Both the position numbers and the translations under genes were made by a program. DNA of 64,000 nucleotides from Takakia lepidozioides. Taxonomy: Eukaryota; Plantae; Bryophyta. The notes below the pieces were generated by a model. The model saw only the letters and a program-made list of their open reading frames with translations, was not told the origin of the DNA and did no database searches. Below are positions 27,753-39,300 of this stretch, one piece after another (position 1 is the first letter of the stretch; the number at the start of each line of letters is the position of its first letter). The DNA lies in the NCBI GenBank assembly GCA_030704615.1, contig CM060731.1, positions 3,038,001-3,102,000 of the forward strand. Direction: 5' to 3'.

Positions 27753-30700
27753 CTAAACAGCTCCTGGCCCAGCTGATTCTGGCATTGGTCCATCTGCGCG
27801 GAAACCTCTACCTCTTCCCCGACCCCTTCCTCTGCCTCTGCCACGGCCTGACCCGTTACCAGCCCAAGCCACCAACATGAGAGCAAAATCATACAGGTGG
27901 ACAAAAAGCACTGTGTTGACAGCATTTTAAAACTCACAGCACAAGTACATACTTCTCAACATAAAGTATGCGACTGTTAGAAAACATGACAGGCATGCAT
28001 TCTGGCATTTATAGAAGTGATAAGCTCATATATAAAATTTTGTCAGCCCAACCAGGATTCCTCAATACAAGTTCTCCCAACCCTATGTAATGTGCAGATC
28101 GTATGTGTGCATAACTAAGGCAACTGGGATACCTTCTAAGATCTACAACCTACGGAAAACTAAGGAAAAACCTGCATTTGTCCATGAACAGTTTACACAG
28201 TCCATAGGACAGAGAGAACCCCTAGAAAGGCTGAATGATGGAGGAGCCGCAGTCCTAATCACTTAGGAGATCAAACATTTGAGCTACATAATCTTTGGAC
28301 AGGAGATGTTCCAAGAGCTATAAAAACTCAACATCCATTCCCAAAAGTGGCTATTCATTGACACACAATATCTTGACCTGAAGGACAATGAAGCCTACAG
28401 TACTTGGCAACTCGGCAATCTTAGAAACGGAGTGACAAGAATGAGAAAAAGGGGCCAATGTCATACTTCTAATTGATTTGCACACCTAATCACAAGGATT
28501 TCCTATTTCTGCATCGGAATGATGTATCTTCTGACAAGTGCCCCAAGGAATTGTCAAAGCTTTGCACAAATTCAACAAAGGCACCTGGAGGAAACACAAT
28601 ACCTCGCCCTCGAGGAGCCAGATCACTAGCAAGGTCATCAAAGCCACCCATATCTTGCTCTCTACCGCGACCACCCAAGCCACGGCCTCGTCCACCTCTT
28701 CCTCGTCCTCGCCCACGGCCACGACCTCGCGCCCAGCCACCATCAAGCCCTGTGTACTCAGCACCTGGCATGCCATTGCCTGTAATCACAATAGCACAGA
28801 TGGTAAGATGAAACTGCTTTCTTGAATAGCTACGGTTCCAGAATAAAGCAAATTAGCTCCCAAGTCTTAAGGAACCATAATGGATCAGCACCTCCTCTTC
28901 CTCCGCTCCTGCCACGACCCCGGTCTCGGCCCCTTCCACCACGTGGTGAACCCTCTGAAAACAAAGCAACAAAAATGCCTCAATAAGCTCCAGTTTGTGC
29001 AGCACACATCACCCATAACTATACCCTCTCCCAGCCTTCAGCCTATGGTAACTACCAAAACCTGGTACACACAGCAGTCCCAACAACAACCACCCCATAC
29101 AGTCTTCATACTGCAGGATAAAGAGTTCAACGAGAGAAGCAATACCTCCATCATACTCAAATTCAGCCAATGGCTTGATCTGGTCTGCAGGCAAAGGAGG
29201 TTGATACCTGCATTTCAAATTTATTCCAATAGACACACCTACCAGCGTCAGAAATATTCCTGATATGTGAGCTGAATGCATTCCTGGAATTCTCTGTTAC
29301 AACACTACAATTTGTGTTACCAGGACCTGGTTAAGCCCAGAAGGCTTCACGTTCTCTAGATATTTTAAGTGGAACAACCCAGCACAGGTAATGTCAAGTA
29401 ACATAAACAGGTATGGCATCATCCTGCAATTCGTCATAGTAATGAACGTGGAGTAGAACATACCCAGTGGATGTCTTCTCCAACTCCTTGGTTGATAACG
29501 TAATGGTGATCATAGACACATGTCGTGTTGTTTCCAAGCTGCCAAAGCATCCAGTATCACAGTTAAACAACAGGACAAACAAACATACCCCACGAATAGC
29601 ACACACCTACACACAGGCATCAACCATTTGGTGTTAAGACCACAATTGCCATGGAAGGAACATGAATACAACATTAAGGTTCGAATAAAATATGCTTACG
29701 GAAGAAGGCCCTCTTCAAGTGGTTCCCAGAGGTCAGTGATGTCAGTAGATCCAATAGCTGTATTTTGGTGCAGGCCAGCAATCCTTCTCTACACAAAACC
29801 GAAATTTTCTCGATTACTTCAAAATCTTCCCTGACTGTTTCAGCAAACTTTAAATCTGTTAAATACTGTGACTATACAATGACATCAATCCCAATATACA
29901 AGAACTTTTGGCTTCATGCATTTCATTGGTGTCCAATCTACGGTATCCTTACGTGCGACATAAAACCCTTCCAGGAGTCATGCGAGCTAAACTGTGATGC
30001 AAAAATCAGCCTTGAACAGAATCTCCTGCATCTCACAGGTACTTCAACCGAGTGGACGCTCCCAATAAACTTGTCACTTATCAAATTGGGCGGGCAGGAC
30101 CTTAATAATCTCAGCGATTGTGACTGTCTTGTTGATGGCACGCCCCATGGCCTTCAGCACAATTTCAGATGCTCCCTTATCCTGCATATCCCCACATCGC
30201 CAAAAGCCACAGCAAACAATGTACAAAACATTTTCAGATTTTATGAATCAACAAGGACAGTTTCACAACAAGTCACTGTCACAAACCATAAACAGTCTTC
30301 TCAGATTTCTCTACGCCGGGCTGGAGTAAAAAGGACTGATGATTGCAAAATGGAAGGGGTTCATGATTTCACGAATATTAAGCAACAAGCAGGTCTTGAC
30401 CAAGAAAGAACCCTAACAATACCTAGTTGAATCACAAAATATATAAAGACTACTCGCTTTATACTGAGTGTAAAAGAAGAAGGCAATTCAGGACAAAAGG
30501 TGGAGAGATGATTTCTGAGACACAAATAGAATCTATTTAAACCTAGAGGGAAAGAATACCAAACTTTGCCATGAGATCCTACAACTCCAAGCAACCACCG
30601 ACACAAAGTACAGGAGGCAACAAAACCCTAAAGTGACCAAAGACAAACCCTGTGCCCTACATTGAAAAAGAAAAAAGACATCCAACAATCAAATGGAGGA

Positions 30701-30961
30701 AACTGATATCAGACAACCTGATATGACTAGAGAGTCGTGGGAGTTAACCAAGAACCAAGAACCAAGAACCACAGGGACACTACGTAAATGTCACATGGTC
30801 TGACGAACCACAGAACTTGGAAGGAAGATAAGACTGACCTGTAGAAGTGTGGTGGCATAGGTGATGTAGTTGCGCATCTTCCCTTGCGTGGTAATGCGGA
30901 TTTCATTCTCACTGATTGGAGTCTCAGGCCGTGGCTTCTCCACCCTTTGATACCGATCCAT
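27753..30961 (-). CDS. Alba/RPP25-like DNA/RNA-binding protein with RGG tail, paralog 1 (8 coding exons)
   Basis: [41 protein letters not shown] | [27 protein letters not shown] | AGLHQNT..WEPLEEGL | [15 protein letters not shown] | YQPPLPADQ | RG-rich exons | GFRADGPMPESAGPGAV-stop. One G appears missing in the last exon. Confidence 0.92.
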
Positions 30962-31828
30962 GGTTGTCCCACCGGTTCGCTCAGGTATTTCAGCTTTTGG
31001 ATTCTTGAATGAGTACCGCACAGTAAGTTCCACACAGTTCTACAATTTCTAAGGCCTAATGTCGATGACGCAAGATGAAGTCTCCAATTCTTATACGGGC
31101 GAATATGAAACAAATGAGGGTACAAAAACCTACAGACCTTTTTGCCTTTTAACTACTTAAGGTCAAACAAAGAACCGCTGTTAGCTTGATTAAATGGCAC
31201 AATGACTGCAAATCGCCAAACTCGGGCAATAGCCACCAACACACCGAGAGGGACGATGTGATTCTGATGATCCACACGCGGACGCTGAAGAAATGCGATC
31301 TTTAAGAAAAAAGGACAATCGATAAAAGGCACCAGGAAGATAAAACGTGAAGGAACAGGTGCAAAGCAAGGACAGCGTAAATATCACGCACTACTTCAAG
31401 AAACAGGCATACAATCGACGAGGCAGAGAAAACTACAGGGCCAGAATCAAAGGAACACGCGCACTATCTCATGTGCCAGCAAAACCGCAGGAATTATCAC
31501 TTCACTCCAAATCACACAGATGCAGAGACCACCGGATAAGAAGTGCGGAAAATTTGCAGAAACCGATATATTTTTTGTAAAGCAGACAGGGAAGATTGTT
31601 TTTGGTTACAAGCACTCAACAGCTTGCTGCCTCTCAATTGTTGTATGACGTCGCTGCTCACTCTCCCCCGCCCGCCTTCCCTCCCTCTTCATCCCGCTCT
31701 GCCCTAGCCAACTACCTCCATGCCCCCCATCCCCATCCCATCCCCATCCCATCCCATCCCCATATATGGGGGATGGGATCGAATATATGACGCTGGCCCG
31801 TCTCTTTGCCTTTTCTTTTTTCTTTTAA

Positions 31829-33032
31829 CCCTCAAGTGCCCAGACTCATTTTCACCCTCTCGTGGAAAAACATGACCCTGGCCCACAAAAACATTTTTAT
31901 CTGGAAAATCTGTATGTCCCTGTAAAACTGACCGTTGGAATTACTTCCCACCTACCCCACCTCCTGCAACAAAAAGTAACAAATTCCAACCACCAGATCT
32001 GAAGATTATAAAGTGTAGAGTGGGGACAAGAAAAAACTCTTCACTAAGAAGTAGGTGCCAAAAAAAGCAGGATTTTGCTCGTATTTGGGCAGTTTTAATT
32101 TCTCTTTTTTTGAGAGTCTCAAGAATGTTGTACCATACCTGATAACACACATCCTCATAATTTTTCCGTTTTTTCTGAAATGTTCTCAAGTGGGCTCCTT
32201 TGTAGTGACAAATTGGGGGGTCAAAATATGCCATTTTCTTTGGGCAGGCCAAAATATCTCTTCCTAAAATTATACAAACACATTCAGCCGTTCAATTCCT
32301 AATCCTCCGGTTGAAGTGTCATGAACATCCATATGAGATCCCAGAAAAAGCTTGGGACCAATCGGTAACTGGCCTCACATCTTTAGGTTCCCTGCCCAAG
32401 GCTTCAAATGGCACACCTATGTTATAGCCTGCAGGCCTAGGATATTTGGAGCCATAGCCCAGAAAGGCATGGGGCTTGGGAGCTCCTCTGGCTTACCCGG
32501 CCCTGCTTTCATGGGGGGCCACTCCACTCTCAACCCTCTCAAACCCCCTCCCTAGGTTTGGCCCACCCCTCGTTTTTCTCCAGCCCCGAGCTCTGCCGCC
32601 ATCGCGGCTGCACTCCCTCCAGCCCGCCCTGCATGGCGTTGGCTGGAGCTGCCATCGCCGTCGATTCAGGCTAGGGCCCAGGCTTGGGAATGCCCAGACC
32701 TGCGCCGGGCAATCAAGGGGCTTGGGGGAGCGTGCCGCCCTAACCTTTATGGGGTATCTTTCAGTCACCCTAACCTGACCGCAGTTGCCATGTCAGCAAC
32801 TTGGGCAGGTTAGATGGGCCAAATTGGCCTCAAAAAACTGAGTGTGCCTCCTTCCAATTGGTCCAGACCCATACCCCTTCAGGCATTGACCAATTGGCCA
32901 ATGCCATATGAAGGGGGACCCGATTTTCTATCGATTGAGCCCAAAAAATGCCCAATCAGCCTTAACCACAGGAAGTTATGGCTGGTTAAGCAAACCAACC
33001 TACCGAGAATGGGTCGCTTGGGCACTTAAGGG
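31829..33032. mobile_element. piggyBac-like non-autonomous element (TTAA TSD, CCCT..AGGG TIRs)
   Basis: TTAA (31825-31828) + CCCTCAAGTGCCCA ... TGGGCACTTAAGGG + TTAA (33033-33036). TIRs match 13/14 and extend further with a 3-nt gap (GACTCATTTTC vs GACCCATTCTC). Confidence 0.7.
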
Positions 33033-33094
33033 TTAAACGAAAAGGAATCTCCTTGAAAGCCACTTTTCCGAAGTGGTGATGGGCACACACCTGT

Positions 33095-33990
33095 TCTGAT
33101 GGATAAATCTGGGTAAGGGCAGATGACTTAACCGGATTGGCCCATTTCATTACACTTACCCTTCAGACGGGTAAATAATCTGAGATACCCTTACCCGTCT
33201 TAAGGCTAAATAATTTCCCTTTATCCACGGATAAATATAAAATTTTGGAGGGTAAATAGCAAAAGGATAAATAAAAAATTCTTCTTCATCCCTTAGTACG
33301 GGGCCTTCACTCAAGGGTCCCTTGTGCAAGCATCCTCCCACTATCTCCAAGGGTGTACCATTGTCCTATGCACCATATAGGGGCTTCATCTCTATGAAAA
33401 ACTTTGGGTTTGTGTCAAGAGTCACTTTGCTTCGAGCGCAGGGGCGGGCACTTTCCAATGCTATCAACTCAACCTGGATCTCTCGGAGGCACTAGTTCCG
33501 TCGACAAGGCACTCGTACATGTCTTATTTGGCTTTGTTTGATTATTATGTTTGGTGTGAAGAAAACACGCTCGTGATCATCCCTCATAGCATTTGCAGCA
33601 TATGATACAATCAGCCTCATACTAAACCAAAAAATAGACCAAAAATTGATTACCTTATCAATTAGTTAGATTTTTTGAGTTGAGCACAAAAAACAAAAAT
33701 AAACTATATATCACATATATCCTTTATTTATCTGGCGGGTATAGAAGGGTAAAATCATTTATCCTTATCCAGTCAAAAAATTTCACATTTATCCTTTATC
33801 AGCAGGATAAAGAAACGGACATATAAACTATTTACTCTTACCTGGAGGATAAATAAATGGACATATAAATAATTTATCCTTCCCTGGAGGATAAATAAAT
33901 GGACATATAAATAATTTATCCTTCCCTGGAGGATAAATAATCCTCTGATTTATATTTACCCTTACCCGGAGGATAAGCAAAAATCTATTT
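33095..33990. repeat. GGATAA/TTATCC-rich element containing 42-bp tandem repeats (~33800-33940); probable non-autonomous DNA transposon
   Basis: CCTGGAGGATAAATAAATGGACATATAAATAATTTATCCTTC repeated about 2.5-3 times. GGGTAA/TTACCC/GGATAA motifs cluster at both ends. Confidence 0.55.
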
Positions 33991-34171
33991 AACCGCACAA
34001 CAATTGCACATACGACCTCGGAAGTGAGTGTGGGTTCAATCCACCGATTGATGTCACAAAGGTCTTCACCTTCTTGCTGGAAGGCAGTAGCCCTTTGACG
34101 TAAGAGACACCATAATTTATGCTTCATAATTTACGCTTTCTTCAGGAGGCGTCATATATTATATATTATTA

Positions 34172-34386
34172 TTGCACAAGAGGGTGGGCCACATATCAAA
34201 AGAAAATTCAGGAGATTATATGTGTCCACGAGATGGTCCTGAATTTGGTATCATGAAATGTCGGGCATGCGAGGAGGCTAGCATAGGTGGGGGGAAGGGG
34301 CATAAGTTGCTCCACGATAGAAAGATAGGTTATTGTTACTCATGAAAAGAGTGGAGATCATAAAACAGCCCATTTACGTTGGCAAT
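34172..34386 (+). mobile_element. hAT transposase fragment, copy 2
   Basis: About 165 bp essentially identical to ~18223-18388, with a short internal deletion upstream. Confidence 0.55.
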
Positions 34387-36360
34387 GAAGGGCTGTCAAA
34401 ATTACAACTCTTCAAAATGAATGGCGAAAAATTTACGAAACTTGTAAATGAAAGTCTAAGGTAACCTTCAAAACTGAACACTGGTCGTATGCATGAACGT
34501 GGCTGACCTCTTTTCTTGGGATGTGTTTTTTCTTCAACTTCTGACATCTTCCAGAAACCAAAATCATTTCTTTTTTAATGCTAAATAATATGTACCATGT
34601 ATATTTGTATATAAACGGTTTATGTACATATAGATATAGTGTTGATGGTGGGGCTTGCAAGTCATAATCTGCCCAGCTAGGCAGCCCGTCCTCTAGTACA
34701 TCAAAGGCATTCCAAGGGCGAGCTCACCTTCCAGAAGGGCACAGGGAGGGCGGAGCTCCGCCTTCCCGCTTGGTTTTCGCTACATTTAGCTATGACTAAC
34801 CATCTAGGGTTCCGCCATCTTTTCCCCCTGATGCATGATTCTGCCTCCTTTCTCTAGCGTCTCCGCTATCGGGCCGCTATCTTAGTCCGCTCTAATTTTG
34901 GCTATGGCCACCGCCATAGCCCGGCTCTTTGCTCGCTGCGCAGCGGGGCTGCAGCGCCATGGTCTGCCGCCCTCTATACAACTACTGCCTCATGATGATG
35001 ATTTTTCAAGCTACTTCATGCCCGATTTAACGAAGTATGCCATCATCGAGCCCAAGATCGCCTCTACTCTTTTCTACCAAGTGTTTCTGTCTGGCATCAC
35101 CAAGTGCAGCATGCTCGCGTCCTCTCACAGTTTCCCCGACTCCAAGGTGACCTCTCTCTCACCTCATATTTGCTACCCCTATGTTGGATCTTCATCTACC
35201 TTACCCGAGCTCTGGCCCGCTACTTCCCCTCCTTCGCATCATGGACAGTCGTGCCTCAAGGCACAGGGTACGAATGCACCTCCGCGCACAGCCAAGGATA
35301 GCCATACGTCCAAGGATGCGCGGGTCGTAGGACCACTGTGTACGCAGCGCTGGCGCGCTATTGGATATTGGTTCCCTACACCAGACACCAGGTTCATGCG
35401 TCTGACTCAAGTCTGCCTCCCAACTGCTGACCCTACAAGGCCTCAAGAGCTATTGTAACGACTATTAATTCCTTTAGCTGGCACTGGCTTAATTGCCCTC
35501 CCAAGAAAGATATCAACATGACGTTGTCCTTTCTTGTGAGGTCGAATGGTCCCGCGGTGGTTGTATTGATGATGCGGTTGCGTACACCCATATTCATTGA
35601 AGTACGATTGCAATATCGCACGTGCACAAGCTGTATGCGTATGCTGTTGTTGTTCCCATGACGCACAACAAATCGCCCCGCCAATCGAACGTCATTTTTT
35701 AATTTTTTAATCCATCGGTCAGACGAGCCAAAAATCATCTGCCTTTCCACATGATTAAGTCTTATCTATGACACCAATGGTATGAGTCCCAGAGTGCTTG
35801 AGAGGGGACCCACAGAAGTCAGGCCCAAAACACAAAATCTGACCTATTCCAAGAGTTTCCAGGACACAAGAACGAGTCCCAGAGCTGCACAATCTTTGGT
35901 GCGTAGAGCCACATACATGTCGACGCTTAGAAACACAAGTATAGCCATCGCGTGAGAGATGGTGTATTGCAGGGCCACCCAACCCAGCGAGTTCTGAACA
36001 AGCTTCATTGATTTCACTTTAGTACAAAGACTACCTTTACAATGTCGTTATTCAAACCAAAGAACCATAAGCTTCCGACCTCATGTACAACACAAAAATG
36101 ACTATGCAGATTTTCACAAGACTCTGCAGGCAGAATGAAACAAGAAGATTGAGAGAGTAGGCCATGGCGTGTTTGTCAACATCAGTTGATGATGACTAGA
36201 TTCAAAAACTCAACCAGTAACAGCAGCTTTGTCTCAAACTACACCCTCAACTGTAACATGTATGCTTTGGAAAACGCCATGCACCATACACTTACTTGAA
36301 AACTTCAAAGTGCTACCTCCAACGAATCAGAATACACTGCCAGCCCTGTCCCTAAGCACA

Positions 36361-39300
36361 TCATACAGCTCCTGGCCCAGACGACCCTGGCATGGGACCA
36401 TCTGTTCGAAAACCTCGACCTCTTCTCCGACTCCTTCCTCTGCCCCAACCACGACCTGCATAACCACTATTAAGTCCCAGCTCTCTTTGCACAAAGCGGC
36501 AAGTTTGCATGTTCATCAAAAAGCACCATGTCACTGACCACTTCATCCACAAAACACTTCAACCATGTCAGCAGAGTAGCTCCACATAGCTATATCCTAC
36601 AATCTTCCCTAATAAGTATGCTTTGAAACATACACTGCGAGCTCAAGGGTGTAAAACATCAAGAATCACCAAGTGCCTACTCTCAGACACAAGATTTATC
36701 AACCTACCACGTATAAGTCATCCTAAATTCACATTATTCACACACTAGTGGGGACAGGTTGAAAGTTCTCTGGAGGAAAAATCAAGGTAACTGGTGAGTA
36801 ACTAGTCAGCTTTCTAAGGACTTCCTCGATATTTTTCTAGCGTAGACAAAAATAAAGGTGTTAGCTTCAAAGCATTCCAACTTATTCTTAGGGAAGAAAA
36901 CCTGGTGAACAGAACTTCCTGTGCCTTTACTTTTTCCTGATCATTGATTTTGCAGACGTAACCACAAGAAGGGTCCCCCCTTTGCCCATCCAAATGATCA
37001 AATCTTCCAACAAAAGAGTGTCCAAGTTCTCAAGTCCCTTTGTGAAGGATATTGGGGAAAAATGATACCTCGCCCTCGAGAAGCCAAATCACCAGCAAGA
37101 TCCTCAAAGCCACCCACATCTTGCTCTTTGTCGCGCCCATACAAGCCACGACCACGTCCACCTCGTCCTCGCATAAAACCGCGACCTCGCCCCCAACCAC
37201 CATCAAGACCATTGTATTCAACACCTGGGATGCCATTGCCTGTACTCACAACAAGCAAATTGTGTAAGAGAAATCTGTTTTCTACCTTTGCTACTGTTCC
37301 ACCACAACAACAAATCAGCAGGATAGGGTTGTCCACATGAAATGAATCCATTCGAAATAATAGTGTACCACTTTCTCTTCCACCTCGACCACGACCACGA
37401 TCTCGGCCCCTTCCACCGCATGGTGACCCCTCTGTATACCAAGATGTACAAATGCTTCAGTTCACTGTGCTCCAGAAGTCATACACAGTTAATAGCCCTA
37501 GAAATACTCTTACAACCTGATATGTACTGTACCATAAAGCTCTAAAGTTTTGAGCAGGATAATCAGAAATTCATAATTGAAAATGCCTATTGGAATTGAG
37601 AGTTCAGGTAGCGAGTAATACCAGCTCCCTCGTAGTCAAATTCAGCCAATGGTTTGACCTGGTCTGTACGCAAAGGGGGTTGATACCTGCATTCCAAATT
37701 CACCACAAGAAACTTGTAACTGTCAGAAACAAACAGCTCTTATATGTGGTAGCACCCTCCATATCTTTCCTCTTGAAAATCACTACTTGCACATGTTCAA
37801 CTTGCAGCAAATCTGAGATGTTTTGTGCAATAGCAGGTTGTGGTTGCACCAAGGAAAATAAAACGATAAGAACATACCCAGTTGATTCATTATCCAATTC
37901 CTTGGTTGATAACATTATGGTGATCATTGACACATGTCGAGTGGTTTCCAAGCTGCCAAAGGAAAACATCTGGTCAGGTAGGCCTACATCATTCAACATG
38001 CACTCACAGTTAGTACTGGGAAACGAAAAAGGCACATAATGTATGTCGTGAGAGCTTGGCCACCATGCCAAGTAAACCCACCTACAAGCGAGTCAACCTT
38101 TCACTCTCTCCAAATCACATATATGAGAAAGCCTTCCACTGTAACAGTAAATGTCACGCAATTCCCAGAGATCTGTGATGTCAATAGATCCAATAGTTGT
38201 ATTTTGATGCAGGCCAGCAATCCTCCTCTGGGCAGTTGCAGGATAGGGTGTCTCAGTTTGGACGTCATCGGGCAGTTTTTCAGTGATTGTGCTTCATGTT
38301 ATTTTTTTCTTTGTTCACAATAGTTCATGTTTATTATAAAGGACATCGGTTCTTGTATACCACCTATGAGACCTATATAATGTAACAAATTTTTCGCAAA
38401 TTGGATGAACTATAAGAATGCTATGGACTTTTGAATCTCAAAAAACACGTTTTGTCATCGGCACAGTTTTTTGTGCTATGGATTCTAAAAAACATATCTA
38501 AATGTAACAAATTGTGATAAGGACAAAAAACCATGTGTAGAAATTGTGCAATGTTTCAATAGGTGAAAGTTGTTTGGAAATCTATCTCATTTTTACCGAG
38601 CCAGACTTTTTTATACACCAAAAAACATGTATTTTTCATTAGTCCATAGCATATTGTCTTTTGGATTTTTGGGATATCATCTTTCATTAATAAATATACA
38701 AACATATATAATCTAGGATGGCCGGGTGATATATGGACAAATGGTCATACACTCTAAGATTAATTGACTCCTAAGAATTTTTTTCTAATTAAAGATTAAT
38801 TTTTTAAATAAATAATATCTATAATATTTAGAGTTAGACCCTTTACTAAAGATGTTAAGTATATTATTGTCTATCTTTCTAAGAATCAAATTGAAAACAT
38901 ATGCTATTAAAGTTTTTTTTTTTTTTTTTTTTTTTTTTTGTAAACTTTCATGGACGTCACCATCTGCCAAAAGTGAGACATTACATTCTGCAACTATCCC
39001 TCTGCATTAATTCCAAGCAAGTGTTTCAACCTTTTACAAATATTCATCACTAACGATGTCCAAAAGGTTACCATATGGGCAGACACGGGACCCTAACCTC
39101 TAAATCGTAGCAGTCATCACCTTCGGCTAAGATATCTTTCAAGTACCTGATGTCTAAGCCATGAGCCCAATGACAACATCAGTTAAATGACAACACAAAC
39201 AACTAGCCTTACAGAGGATCCTACTTTCACGGACATAGTCCAGAAGAACTTACCATGAGTAAATACCAGAAGTTATCAAGTTACCATATTACCGGAAGTT

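Noticed and set aside
29765-30430. 221-aa plus-strand ORF
   Set aside because: Antisense to Alba exons and introns, non-ATG start, no recognisable domain.
34898-35458. 186-aa ORF, possibly a LINE endonuclease remnant
   Set aside because: Only vague motif hints and no diagnostic GDFN/SDH motifs; cannot be supported.
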